This document shows, piece after piece, positions 19,242 to 29,019 of a DNA stretch of 64,000 bases (the first letter of the stretch is position 1; every line of letters begins with the position of its first letter). Below the pieces are notes generated by a model. The model saw nothing but the letters and a program-made list of their open reading frames with translations. It did not search any database and had not been told where the DNA came from. The position numbers and the translations under genes were made by a program. Where the stretch lies: the IMG/VR virus record IMGVR_UViG_3300042366_001473. One strand, given 5' to 3'. The DNA comes from an uncultured virus (IMG/VR IMGVR_UViG_3300042366_001473) (taxonomy: Duplodnaviria; Heunggongvirae; Uroviricota; Caudoviricetes).

Positions 19242-20155
19242 TATCTACGTGCACGACCCAGTGCTTGACCACCAGTTGGTTCTTCGTTGTCTAAGTCGTC
19301 AACAGCATCAGCGGCCATAGCATCTAGATCGGCGCCGGCATCGGCACCTAGTTCAGCACCAAGATCTGCACCTGCTTCAGCGCCAGCTTGGGCACCTAGT
19401 TCGGCACCAAGATCAGCGGCAGCGCCAGTAGATTGTCCAGTTACTACACCAAGTGCAGCGTCCATCTGCTGTTTGGCTTGTTGTAGATTCTGCATCAGCC
19501 CGCTGAGAGCAGCACTGGCGTCAGCATTGAATTGTTGAGCTTGGTCAATGCCCACTTGATTCTTGATTGAATCAACCAAAGCAGGCAATTCTTTGAATTG
19601 CAGTTCGCTGACATCTTCCAGCATGGCTTGCATTTTGTCTACCATGTCTTGAGCAGCCAACACGACCTGAGCTTGTTGAACTTCGCTTTCTTTCAACATC
19701 TTGTAGGCACGGGCCAACTTGTTTTCAGTTTTCATGAGTGCAGCGCCAGCAACCATTTTCTGTTCATCGGGTGTGAGGCTTTGACCTTTGGTGGCCTTGG
19801 TCAGTGCAGCTTTGAGTTTGGGGTCCTTGGTGGCGCTGATGGTAGCAGTGGCCATTGCTTGTTGAGCTTTTTGTTGCTCAGGTGTTCCAGCAGGTTGCAC
19901 AGGAGCCATTTCTGACAGACGTGCGCTCAATGCTTGCTCAACCATTACCAGTTTAAGATAACCAGGATTGCGCTCGCTTTGATGACGATTGGTGCTGGAA
20001 CGATGTTCACCAATGACTTGACGTACTCGGCGCAGCATAGAATTAGTTTGGGCAGCAGTGAGTTGGCTGACATCAAACTTTGCCCCAAAGTAACTTTCAA
20101 ATACTTTGGAAATTTGTTGTGTGGGTTTAGCCGCGGCTAGGTCTTGCAGTTTCAT
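19241..20155 (-). CDS. Coiled-coil protein, probable prohead core/scaffold
   Basis: Start MKLQDL after SD GAGGA and TAAATA; helical Q/A-rich, LSE/LKE sites, acidic low-complexity tail ending LGRARR. Confidence 0.6.
   Translation of the reverse strand: MKLQDLAAAKPTQQISKVFESYFGAKFDVSQLTAAQTNSMLRRVRQVIGEHRSSTNRHQSERNPGYLKLVMVEQALSARLSEMAPVQPAGTPEQQKAQQAMATATISATKDPKLKAALTKATKGQSLTPDEQKMVAGAALMKTENKLARAYKMLKESEVQQAQVVLAAQDMVDKMQAMLEDVSELQFKELPALVDSIKNQVGIDQAQQFNADASAALSGLMQNLQQAKQQMDAALGVVTGQSTGAAADLGAELGAQAGAEAGADLGAELGADAGADLDAMAADAVDDLDNEEPTGGQALGRARR
19324..19420 (-). repeat. In-frame tetrapeptide repeats G-A-(D/E/Q)-(L/A)
   Basis: ADLGAELGAQAGAEAGADLGAELGADAGADL. Confidence 0.7.
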
Positions 20156-20600
20156 TTGAGAATCCTCTAAGTTGTAGATATTTAGCCGAATTAATACATT
20201 TTTCAAGTTCGGCTTTTACTGAATTATAGTAACGAATTTTGGGTTCTAGCTTGGTTTCAATCAGTTCAGTGATGCTGCTGTGTTTGCTCATTTCACCTAC
20301 CTGGCGCCTGATAGATATGTCTGCAGACAACTGAGACTTTTTTGAATCTAGTGTTTGTATTTCAAAGCTCAGTCGGTACTGTTTGCAGCTATCAGCTATG
20401 CACCAGCTCATGGCAGATTTTTTGCTGCCAAATGATCCAACCTGATCATTGTATTGAAACACATCAAAACCGTGATCAGCTTCTTTTATGACGTATTGCC
20501 CAAACACCAAATATCCGTCATCCAATGGAATAATTGATTGTTTCAAAGCTGCACGAGCATGACTGTGTGCAAATTTTTCTAGTTTTTGTTGTTGATTCAT
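20127..20600 (-). CDS. Hypothetical protein
   Basis: Likely start MNQQQK with ATGA overlap. Confidence 0.75.
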   Translation of the reverse strand: MNQQQKLEKFAHSHARAALKQSIIPLDDGYLVFGQYVIKEADHGFDVFQYNDQVGSFGSKKSAMSWCIADSCKQYRLSFEIQTLDSKKSQLSADISIRRQVGEMSKHSSITELIETKLEPKIRYYNSVKAELEKCINSAKYLQLRGFSNETARPSRG

Positions 20601-20860
20601 TTCAATACGTAGTTGATCAACAAATATGCCACGGCTGCTGTTAGAGAGCCAATAATACCAATACCCCAATTGATTAATTGGTTGTTTCTTTTTTCTATCA
20701 TTTGGTGCAGTATAGAGTGTACTTCACTTACTGTGATGTTGACTTTGGAGACATCTTTGCTCAACTCGTCCAGTCTTGAGTCAATGTTGCGATACCGCTC
20801 AGCACACAATTCAACGTGTGCTTCTAGGCTTTTCTTTTCGATGTCAGTGGTTTCGGCCAT
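20597..20860 (-). CDS. Coiled coil plus C-terminal TM protein (XhlA/holin-like architecture)
   Basis: LEAHVELCAERY...coiled coil...WGIGIIGSLTAAVAYLLI. Confidence 0.65.
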   Translation of the reverse strand: MAETTDIEKKSLEAHVELCAERYRNIDSRLDELSKDVSKVNITVSEVHSILHQMIEKRNNQLINWGIGIIGSLTAAVAYLLINYVLK

Positions 20861-20864
20861 GGGT

Positions 20865-21296
20865 TTACTCCAATGCCATATTTATGATTTCAAACCAGAT
20901 GTTCTGTTCTGCACCGTGGCTTGACAGCATGGGATCCAACGAATGTTGTTCGTTGAGATCAGTCATCATGGGCACGCCTGTGCAATTTTGTTTTAGTCCT
21001 GCCAAAGGATCACTGTTGCTGTTGAGCCCAAACACATCAACAGACTCAACTGTGAATTCAAATTCCCAGTAACGGTCTACTAGCCGGGGTGTCACTATGT
21101 TGTGGGGCTGAGTTGTCAAACTCACAACCTGCAGCAGGGCTTCCCAGTTGCGTTGCTGGTTTCTGGCCTTGGTCCAGTCGCCCAAACTTTGAATGTGCTG
21201 TCCAGCACGATCGCGAAAAGGTATCTGCCCCGGCCGAAAATTGCCAGTTATTCCGGTGTACGTGCAGTCAAACAATGTTTTGCATATGATCTTCAT
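20865..21296 (-). CDS. Hypothetical protein
   Basis: 143-aa ORF with TAAATA 6 nt before the ATG. Confidence 0.75.
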   Translation of the reverse strand: MKIICKTLFDCTYTGITGNFRPGQIPFRDRAGQHIQSLGDWTKARNQQRNWEALLQVVSLTTQPHNIVTPRLVDRYWEFEFTVESVDVFGLNSNSDPLAGLKQNCTGVPMMTDLNEQHSLDPMLSSHGAEQNIWFEIINMALE

Positions 21297-21313
21297 TGTT
21301 GATATTTACACCC

Positions 21314-21343
21314 AAAAGAAAGCCCCGGAATAAATCCGAGGCT
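21314..21343 (-). terminator. Rho-independent terminator
   Basis: AGCCTCGGA-TTTAT-TCCGGGGCT followed by TTCTTTT. Confidence 0.7.
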
Positions 21344-21364
21344 GTTCTGTACCTAGTTCAAAAA

Positions 21365-21781
21365 TTAAACGTTGGTGAAAGTAGCTGCGCCAGCGACGTT
21401 GGCAGTTGGGATACCAATGTTCAAGCCGCCAGTTGCGTTGGCTGTTTGTGCAGCAGCAACCAGAGTAGCTGTGGTATAAGCGCCAGTTGGGTAGATCGCA
21501 ATGTTCAACACAGTAGGTGCGCTAGGTGTAACTTGATACATAGCAATTGTACCGTTTTGCTGAATAGATTGCAACACGTTGTTCAAATAACCAGTAGCGT
21601 TAGCAACACCGGAAGCACCAAGACTGCTGTTAGCTGTCAAGCTGAAGAAGTCCAGCTTGGGACCAGCCATTTGAACTGGGCCGCCAGCAGCCACGTTGGC
21701 TGTGTTAGCGATTGTACCGTTTTGTACGTCGATGGCAAACACTGGTTGTGTTGTGCCGTTTACTTTTGTGATTTGTGCCAT
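21365..21781 (-). CDS. Small A/T/N-rich virion protein (possible decoration protein)
   Basis: 138 aa with SD AAGGAG, upstream TAAATA and its own terminator, suggesting high late expression. Confidence 0.65.
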   Translation of the reverse strand: MAQITKVNGTTQPVFAIDVQNGTIANTANVAAGGPVQMAGPKLDFFSLTANSSLGASGVANATGYLNNVLQSIQQNGTIAMYQVTPSAPTVLNIAIYPTGAYTTATLVAAAQTANATGGLNIGIPTANVAGAATFTNV

Positions 21782-21846
21782 TTTAAGCTCCTTAATATAT
21801 GGGAACAGTGTCCCTGCTTTTATTTATGAAACTGACAAAAAAACGC

Positions 21847-23778
21847 TCAGTTGGGGTTATTTCTGGCTCGATTTTGAGCAGCAAAAGCATTGGGATCAAA
21901 GCGATTTACTGCTTTGGCATAGCCTGCAGGCGTGGCCATTACCCAGCCTTCTTGCCCAGGATGCTGAGTGTCTGCTTGACGCAATAGGTCTGTTTTGAGT
22001 GCATGCAGCAATTCAAATGCCAAAAACGCCGCACTCAGTGCTTCCTGGTTTGTACTGGGGTTTTTGAGATATTCCACAATGTTGTTGAACTTGCGCGGTG
22101 TTACTCGCCCTTGCAGCCATTCTCCAAACTCCACAATTAACTGGTTAGCTGGTTCCAAGGGACCGCCTACCTTGGTGTTGATAAAATCCACTGCCAATCT
22201 AAACAGATCTGTGACTTGTTGAGCACGCAGTTCAGCAGGATTAAACAGCACTTTCATGTTGGCACCTTGTGATCTCACAATGGTCTTGAGCTGTTGCACT
22301 ATGTTTTTGTCCAGTACCAGTGCTGAAGGTGTGGCTGGGCGTTCCAGCATCAGTCCCGGAACTTCGTTGAATTTGACCCCGCTGAGTGGTTGTCGGGCTT
22401 CGCCTGTGTCTGCATACATGCTGTGAACTGCAATGCCAATGTTGCTGGCTCCAATGCGTTGTCCCAAGGCACTGCGAACTGGAATTTTGTATTCTATAGT
22501 ATTGGGACGGAACACATAGTTTCCGGCTTCCACAGGCGGCGTGTCTGTGTACAGCAAGTCGCCTTTGACATAACCACGGAAGTTGGGCGGCAAACTGGCT
22601 TCTAGTGCAGGCCACAGTGTGGCATACAACTGTATCAGGCCTGAGCGTTCGCCAGATCGTCGATTCTGAATGTCTGCCATCATGCGCGGGCTGGTAGCAA
22701 GACCGTCGTAGCTCTTGGCTTCAAATCCTGATCCGTCTGTGAGCACAAACTCACCTGTGGCGGGTTTGCGGCCCCAGATCACAGCAGGTTTGCCGTCCCA
22801 CTTGGCAGTGACTGTGCTGGGCTGTTCAGTGGCCTGTTGTGCAATGGTCAGTGCTTGGCTAATGCCAGCTGCGCCGTTTCTGAACACCAGGTCTTCCAGG
22901 TGCTCGATGCCCTTGGCTCTGCCGCCAACACCAGCCGCTTCAGCTTCGTACAGTTGATACGGGTTTGCTGAGCCAGCTTCGATCAAGGGCGCCATGCCTT
23001 GATTCACAATGCGATCACGCAGTCGGGACAAAAAGTTCACATCACTTTCGGCCACTGTGCTGGGCTCTTTGACACCTTCTCTGGCCAGGTATTCTCTAAA
23101 GTCTTTGAGTTTGGCGTCACGATCAGGGTGATTGGCCAAGGCTGTGTAGATGCTTTCAACGTTTTTCAAGTTGCCACGCTTCATGCCCTGTCCCAGCAGC
23201 ATTTCAGCAGCACGATCTGGATCCATGGTGATCACACTGTCTGTGGTACGACTGGTAATGCCCTTGGCACTGGCTTTGAGTCCTTGAGACTTGGCAATGG
23301 AGCTCATCAGCACATTTCTAAACATGCCCTTGTACTGGGAGTCTGTGCCGCCAGCCAAGAAAAAAGAACCCCAGTCGATGTTGGGCATGAACATGAAATC
23401 TGTTTGCACAAATCCATTGTTGGCATCGCCCAATATGGGCGTTTTGAAATGCACTGCTTCGCCACTGAGACGCACAAAATCTCGGGGATCTTGCTTTTGT
23501 CCAGACACATAACTGTCCAGGTGTGCCTTGAGTTCAGGCTTGGTAGTGTCTGACAACTCCACTGCTAGATCAAGATCGCCCGAGTCGTCTTTTTTGCCGG
23601 TGCTGCCCAGCCATTTCACGGGGTAGTTTGTGCCTGGGTCATTGACACCGTGCAAATCCAGCCCTGTTACAGATTCCAACCATTTGATGGTGCCGGCAAT
23701 TTCGCCCTGTTTGATACGACGAGTGAGCGGTACGCCCATTTTGTCTTTGAATACGTTGCCGCCTTCGAAAATGTTCAT
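21847..23778 (-). CDS. Fusion of Pol-beta-type nucleotidyltransferase and ATP-dependent ligase-like domain
   Basis: N-terminal LGSTGKKDDSGDLDLAV and VQTDFM; C-terminal HLEDL, AKWDG, GDLL, EGWV, KAVNR. Confidence 0.75.
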   Translation of the reverse strand: MNIFEGGNVFKDKMGVPLTRRIKQGEIAGTIKWLESVTGLDLHGVNDPGTNYPVKWLGSTGKKDDSGDLDLAVELSDTTKPELKAHLDSYVSGQKQDPRDFVRLSGEAVHFKTPILGDANNGFVQTDFMFMPNIDWGSFFLAGGTDSQYKGMFRNVLMSSIAKSQGLKASAKGITSRTTDSVITMDPDRAAEMLLGQGMKRGNLKNVESIYTALANHPDRDAKLKDFREYLAREGVKEPSTVAESDVNFLSRLRDRIVNQGMAPLIEAGSANPYQLYEAEAAGVGGRAKGIEHLEDLVFRNGAAGISQALTIAQQATEQPSTVTAKWDGKPAVIWGRKPATGEFVLTDGSGFEAKSYDGLATSPRMMADIQNRRSGERSGLIQLYATLWPALEASLPPNFRGYVKGDLLYTDTPPVEAGNYVFRPNTIEYKIPVRSALGQRIGASNIGIAVHSMYADTGEARQPLSGVKFNEVPGLMLERPATPSALVLDKNIVQQLKTIVRSQGANMKVLFNPAELRAQQVTDLFRLAVDFINTKVGGPLEPANQLIVEFGEWLQGRVTPRKFNNIVEYLKNPSTNQEALSAAFLAFELLHALKTDLLRQADTQHPGQEGWVMATPAGYAKAVNRFDPNAFAAQNRARNNPN

Positions 23779-23779
23779 G

Positions 23780-24028
23780 TTATGAGTCTGAATGTGTTCT
23801 TTTTACTGACCTAGAAAATTTGCCAGTGTCTTTGGTGCGAATTGCGTTCAGCAATTTGCGTGTGAGATTTTCTGCTTGATCTGCTGTGTACTCATCTTCT
23901 ATTTGTTGGATCAGCCTGATGGCAGACTCAATTACTGTAGTAGCTCGATTTTCGATCAGCAATTTGCGATCACGTTCGACATATAACGAGTCCAATTCTT
24001 CCAGCAAGCTGCGGGTCTTTTTTTGCAT
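23780..24028 (-). CDS. Hypothetical protein
   Basis: 82-aa helical ORF with upstream TAAATA. Confidence 0.75.
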   Translation of the reverse strand: MQKKTRSLLEELDSLYVERDRKLLIENRATTVIESAIRLIQQIEDEYTADQAENLTRKLLNAIRTKDTGKFSRSVKRTHSDS

Positions 24029-24103
24029 TGTTTTCTATGACCTTTGTATTATTTAGCGAAATAGGGCAGGGAATAAATATCTAATACTCCACAAGGATCT
24101 CTT

Positions 24104-25030
24104 ATGACCAGTCAAATCAATCCCAACAACATCGACGGGACCTACCCAGTAGCCGGTGTGCCCAACAACACACAAGGCATGCGTGACAATTTTACTAATA
24201 CTAGAACAAATTTTCAATATGCATCGGATGAAATAACCGAGCTTCAGAACAAATCAGTGCTGAAAGCAGCCATCACAGGAACCACTCTCGACAACAACAT
24301 GAACAATCAAGAGATTTATGCTGTGCAGTTACGAGACGTAAGCTATGCATATTCAGCTCTGACTGCCACTGCAGGATCTGTTACTGTGGACTACAGTGCT
24401 GCTCAGTATCAACAAATAAACACCAGCGGTTCAGTCAGCTTGAACTTTACCAATTGGCCCACAGCAGGCACTGCAGGTGCAGTTGTGGTAGCTGTGACCG
24501 TGACCAGCACTGCTCATACTTTAACCCTGCCAGTGGCCGTCAGTTTGGGCACTACAGGATTGCAAGGTTATGCATCAAATGTAATTACGTTTGCTGCCAC
24601 AGGAACATATCAATTTGAATTCTCTACTGTAGACGCCGGGACTACCATAACTGTTTATGATCTAAATCGTCCATTGCTCGGTAGTACAGAATCTGCCATT
24701 GGGTACAGTACTGGAACTGGCGGGACGGTTGCACAGGCTACTAACAAATCCACAGGAGTTACGTTAAACAAACGTTGCGGCCAAATTACCATGCAAAACA
24801 CCAATTTGGCTGCTGCAACTATAGTGAATTTTGTATTGACCAACAGCACCATTGGTGCAAATGACTTGTTGTTGTTGCAACACCAAAGCGGTGGTACACT
24901 GGGGTCATACACTCTCAATGCTGCATGTGCAGCCGGTAGTGCTACCATTTATGTTAGAAACAACACTGCTGGTACACTAGGCGAAGCCCTGGTCATACGC
25001 TATGCTGTGATCAACGGGTCAGTAACTTAA
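24104..25030 (+). CDS. Probable virion fibre/structural protein
   Basis: T/A/G-rich 308 aa; YPVAG..N.TQG.RDNF N-terminus; SD AAGGA and TAAATA upstream. Confidence 0.7.
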   Translation: MTSQINPNNIDGTYPVAGVPNNTQGMRDNFTNTRTNFQYASDEITELQNKSVLKAAITGTTLDNNMNNQEIYAVQLRDVSYAYSALTATAGSVTVDYSAAQYQQINTSGSVSLNFTNWPTAGTAGAVVVAVTVTSTAHTLTLPVAVSLGTTGLQGYASNVITFAATGTYQFEFSTVDAGTTITVYDLNRPLLGSTESAIGYSTGTGGTVAQATNKSTGVTLNKRCGQITMQNTNLAAATIVNFVLTNSTIGANDLLLLQHQSGGTLGSYTLNAACAAGSATIYVRNNTAGTLGEALVIRYAVINGSVT

Positions 25031-25100
25031 CCAAGGTGCCGGACCATTAAGCGAAGCATTGGTACTGAACTTTGTTGTGATTAAAAGTGCAATTGCTTAA
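25029..25100 (+). pseudogene. Out-of-frame relic of an alternative C-terminus of the 24104 gene
   Basis: Translates NQGAGPLSEALVLNFVVIKSAIA*, versus the gene end NNTAGTLGEALVIRYAVINGSVT*. Confidence 0.7.
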
Positions 25101-26557
25101 CCTGATTTGATCTTGCCCAACAACTGTTTGAGTTTGGCGCTCTGTACATCAGCAGTTACCTTAGAAGTATCATCTGAATGAACCATTGGTTTGTCCCAGG
25201 CATGTGTGCCAGTGGGTTTTTCCCATTTAGTTGGTGCATTTTCTGTTGCCACCGTTGACTTAGCTTTGATGGAATCCATCAAGTTGGAACTGGGTTTTCG
25301 GGCAAACCCTCCGCTGGCATCACCATCCTCGCCACCTTCGTCAGTGATGCGCATGGTTTCAATGTTGTACTCAAGATCAATCTTTTGTCCCACACCTGTT
25401 GAACTACGACTCTTCATACATTGTATTTGATATTTGCCGCGCTCTTTCATAGCACGACTTGTAAAGATACCAAACACATTGTCTGCTGTGTTGATCTTGG
25501 AAATACCACCACTAATGTGACTGTGATCAAATTCAATTTCTTCAACTGCGCTACGGTTCAACTGACTTGCAGTTACCATTAACACACCCAGCTCTTTGGC
25601 CAAGTTACGCAGTTCTTCACTCACATACTTGTCTTTCACAAACAAGTCATTGGGGCTGACCTTTGCACTCACGGGCATCAACAAGTCCAGGTAGTCAATC
25701 ATCAAAAAGTCCACTTGGATACCTGTTTGAATCTGCACTTCTTTGACATAGCTTCGAATGTCGTTGATGTTGCTTTGTGCTGGCAAGGCTTTGACCCGAT
25801 ATTGGCCAGCTTTTTTGCCTGCTATCTTGACCTTGAGCTCTGCTGAATCAATGTCCTTGCGAATGTCCTTGGTGCTCATGCTGGTCAGCATGGCATCAGT
25901 TCGTAGGCTGGTTAGTTCTTCACTCAATTCAAGACTGATATACACACCACTGAGTCCTTGTTGCAACCAGTTCAGCGCAATGTTCATCATGACCAGACTC
26001 TTGCCTGATCCTGATCCACCTGCAAAGATGTTGAGTTCGCCTCGACTGAATCCACCATACAACAATCGATCCATCTGTGGCCATCCTGTGCTAACTTGTC
26101 CACCTGAATTGAAATACTTGTTGATACGACCTGCAGGATCAGCAAAGTAGTCTGTGCCCATATCCTTGGTCAAGCTGATCTGCACAGCATCCTTGATCAG
26201 TTTTTCCACTGGATCAAACTCGCCCTTTTCCAGCAAGTCTGCTGCTTTCAAGATAGCACGTTCCAGTTCTTGACGCTTGGTAAAGCTCTCAAACTCTGCC
26301 ATGAACCACTCGTTGTGTCCTTCATTGAGTTCAGGCACAGACTGCAATGTGATACCACATGCCGCAGATATCTGTGCGCGGTCTGGCAGAGTTTTGTACT
26401 TGTCTGAGTGTTCTTTAATAAACTCTGCTGCTTTGCGCAAACTGCGATCAAAGTTTTCTGGATTGTAGATGTTCTGAACACGCACATACGAGCTGGCGTC
26501 TTCCAGCATCATTTCCAGAAACAATCGTTGTACTTCAGTGTTGTATTCTTTTAACAA
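25097..26557 (-). CDS. Replicative DNA helicase (T4 gp41/DnaB family)
   Basis: Walker A GGSGSGKS, ISLELS, IDYLDL, TASQLNR, KSRS. Confidence 0.95.
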   Translation of the reverse strand: MLKEYNTEVQRLFLEMMLEDASSYVRVQNIYNPENFDRSLRKAAEFIKEHSDKYKTLPDRAQISAACGITLQSVPELNEGHNEWFMAEFESFTKRQELERAILKAADLLEKGEFDPVEKLIKDAVQISLTKDMGTDYFADPAGRINKYFNSGGQVSTGWPQMDRLLYGGFSRGELNIFAGGSGSGKSLVMMNIALNWLQQGLSGVYISLELSEELTSLRTDAMLTSMSTKDIRKDIDSAELKVKIAGKKAGQYRVKALPAQSNINDIRSYVKEVQIQTGIQVDFLMIDYLDLLMPVSAKVSPNDLFVKDKYVSEELRNLAKELGVLMVTASQLNRSAVEEIEFDHSHISGGISKINTADNVFGIFTSRAMKERGKYQIQCMKSRSSTGVGQKIDLEYNIETMRITDEGGEDGDASGGFARKPSSNLMDSIKAKSTVATENAPTKWEKPTGTHAWDKPMVHSDDTSKVTADVQSAKLKQLLGKIKSG

Positions 26558-27518
26558 GGGCTTTCTTTCTTAATTCAATTTTGATTCTGCTGGTTTCTCG
26601 TGCCTGCATAATAGTTAGCAAGGTACCAAGTCGACCGTATTTCTTCACAGCATCATTGACGTCTTTGCAATCTTCCCAGGCAGGTATGCTCACTGCCCAT
26701 CCCAGTTCCACTGCTCTGTCAATCAGTTCCAGTCCTGCACGATCTTGATCCGGCACCACAGTAACTTCTCGTCCAATGCCACGAATCAGTTTGGCTTGTG
26801 CATCACTAATTTCATTGTGTAGTAACGCAACACCACCAATGCTGAGTGCATCAAATATGCCTTCCATGACCAACACATGCTGCCAATTGGGCGGTTGCAA
26901 ATCTATGCCAAACACATAGCCAGGTTGTTGTTCGCTGATAAACTTGGGTCTTTTGCCGTCAAGAAATCTAGCTGTGTAGCCCACAATCTTGTTGTCATGC
27001 GTGAACGGCACAATCACACAAGGCCTGGTCCAATGAACACCATCGGTACGTATGGGTGTCATCACAGGAAAGTCTTCGGGCACCCGACGATCACGAACAT
27101 AGTCCCAGTACTTGGGATGTTCCTGTGTGATCAATTCTGATGCTGGTGGCAAGTCACGTTCTTCAAAGTCAATGCCCTGCAGTATATTGGCCACACGTTG
27201 CCGATCTTCCACAATGCCGTGGATACTGCGATGACGCAGACTTTCCAAATTGGCCAATTCTATGTCTCGGTCAGGTACACCCAACCAGCTCAAGAGCCTA
27301 CGGGCCTTATAACTTACAGTACGGCCAAGGATAAAGCTAGCAGTGTATCCACAGTTGAAGCAGTGATAGCTCCAACCTTGTTCATTGACTTTGATTCCGC
27401 CTCGTAATCGTCGGTCTGGGCTGTTGCTGTTGTGATGGCAACATACTGCATTAAAACTGACCCACCCGCTGGGACTGGCTTTGCGTTTGGCAGGTAGGTA
27501 TTGAACAATATCAAGCAT
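26535..27518 (-). CDS. DNA primase (gp61-like)
   Basis: Zn-binding C..C/HCFNC, TOPRIM EGIFDA, PDQDRAG, KDVND. Confidence 0.9.
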   Translation of the reverse strand: MLDIVQYLPAKRKASPSGWVSFNAVCCHHNSNSPDRRLRGGIKVNEQGWSYHCFNCGYTASFILGRTVSYKARRLLSWLGVPDRDIELANLESLRHRSIHGIVEDRQRVANILQGIDFEERDLPPASELITQEHPKYWDYVRDRRVPEDFPVMTPIRTDGVHWTRPCVIVPFTHDNKIVGYTARFLDGKRPKFISEQQPGYVFGIDLQPPNWQHVLVMEGIFDALSIGGVALLHNEISDAQAKLIRGIGREVTVVPDQDRAGLELIDRAVELGWAVSIPAWEDCKDVNDAVKKYGRLGTLLTIMQARETSRIKIELRKKALVKRIQH

Positions 27519-27524
27519 TTGTGT

Positions 27525-27553
27525 AGTTTAACACAGTTTGCTAAGTATATCAA
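27525..27553 (-). promoter_or_regulatory. sigma70-like promoter, leaderless primase mRNA
   Basis: TTGATA-N17-TAAACT, 6 nt before the ATG. Confidence 0.5.
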
Positions 27554-28620
27554 CGATATTGGAGATTAGTGATTGTACCTGTGTCAAACAGCACCGTGGC
27601 TGAAATTGTGCTTTGGTATTGCAACGGCAAATAACCTGATCCACCGTCTACAATGGTAATTCCAGAAACTTGACTGTTGTCGCCAATAGTGGTAGTGGCT
27701 CGGGCTCCCGAACCGTTGCCCAAAATCTGCAGTCGAGGAGGAGCCACATAGCCTTGTCCTGCGTTGGTCAATGTGATGGCAGTGACCACACCATTGGTAA
27801 CTGTGGCGTTGGCTGTTGCTCCAAATCCCAAGCTGTTGTTGAATGCCAGTCGCAACAACGGGTGAAATCCTGCAATGTTCATGTGCCAAGTTCTTGTGTC
27901 ATCAAAGAATTCATAACTCTCAGTGACATCGTACCATATGCTTTGATAATCTTGTGCTGCTTGTGCTTTGATTGTGCCAGTGTAATGATCCAGATCCATG
28001 CTGACCGTGGTCAGCTGTTGTCCGTTTGTGGGTAGTTCGCTGCTGTAAAATTCTGTGGTTTGTGTGGTGTTGACTGGAGGAGGTTGCAGAGCCCAATCAG
28101 GATAGTTTGTGGGACCGGGTTGTAACTGCTGTGCTTTGCCGTAGATTGTGGGAATGGTAAGTTCTTGGCTGGGCACAAACTCAGGAAACACTGAATCCAC
28201 AATGTTGCAGTTACCCCGAGCACCAGAATTGTCGTCCACAAATGCTGACTGAACATAGCTGCCAGAGGTGCGTTGTATACTGTAGCTTCCAGGTTGGGCA
28301 ATGATGTCTATGGTGTCTGCACTGTTCAGCACCACTTTTGCGCGGCCTGTGGTAGCACTCAGTATTTCCATATTTTTTTCAGCAATCAGTCGATCACCAG
28401 TTTGATTCATCAGTCTAAACACAAAACTAGAGCCTGTGATGTTTACTGGTTTTTGATCTTGGTTGATAAATTCAAACAAGAAGACGTTGTCAACGCCTTT
28501 GTTGACGGTTAGTTGTTTAGCATACACTGGGTCGTACCTCGCTGTGAAATAGCCACCGCCGGTGTCAATCAATAACACTCTGGTAATTTGTTGGTATAAG
28601 TAAACGGTGGATGAATACAT
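27550..28620 (-). CDS. Probable baseplate/tail structural protein (BppU-like N-terminus)
   Basis: FEFINQDQKPVNITG motif; C-terminal VTAITLTNAGQGY / SGITIVDGGSGY repeats; start MYSS. Confidence 0.65.
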   Translation of the reverse strand: MYSSTVYLYQQITRVLLIDTGGGYFTARYDPVYAKQLTVNKGVDNVFLFEFINQDQKPVNITGSSFVFRLMNQTGDRLIAEKNMEILSATTGRAKVVLNSADTIDIIAQPGSYSIQRTSGSYVQSAFVDDNSGARGNCNIVDSVFPEFVPSQELTIPTIYGKAQQLQPGPTNYPDWALQPPPVNTTQTTEFYSSELPTNGQQLTTVSMDLDHYTGTIKAQAAQDYQSIWYDVTESYEFFDDTRTWHMNIAGFHPLLRLAFNNSLGFGATANATVTNGVVTAITLTNAGQGYVAPPRLQILGNGSGARATTTIGDNSQVSGITIVDGGSGYLPLQYQSTISATVLFDTGTITNLQYR

Positions 28621-28641
28621 GTGAATCCTCAATCAGTATTT

Positions 28642-29019
28642 ATGGGTAACAATATATTTAAAAAGCTAACTGAAAAATACCCTTTTATAACCTTGTGCGT
28701 TTATGCCAACGTGGAGTATATAGGAGTAGTACAAAATCGCGACGAGATCGTGACCACTATCTACGACTTTGGGGTCATACAAAATCAAACCGACAAGCTG
28801 GAATTTTTAGAACTGGCAGGACAATGGTGGTGGGAAAGCAATCACAGCATACCCATAAACATATTTCTGCGCGGCGACTGGGATCGATTCAAATCCACGT
28901 TGCGCACATTCTCCAACAAAGATCTAGAAATTTTACACGGGCCAATCTGCAGCCTTCAAGACATAGCTCGCAAAAAAAGCAAGCGAAAATCAATCACGCT
29001 TGTGCGTCGGATGGATTGA
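28642..29019 (+). CDS. Hypothetical protein
   Basis: YPFIT...WWWESN.SIPINIFL...basic tail; overlaps the mini-DnaE convergently. Confidence 0.75.
   Translation: MGNNIFKKLTEKYPFITLCVYANVEYIGVVQNRDEIVTTIYDFGVIQNQTDKLEFLELAGQWWWESNHSIPINIFLRGDWDRFKSTLRTFSNKDLEILHGPICSLQDIARKKSKRKSITLVRRMD

Noticed and set aside
24959..25100. Diversity-generating retroelement VR/TR pair
   Set aside because: Mismatches are not confined to adenines and no reverse transcriptase is in the window.
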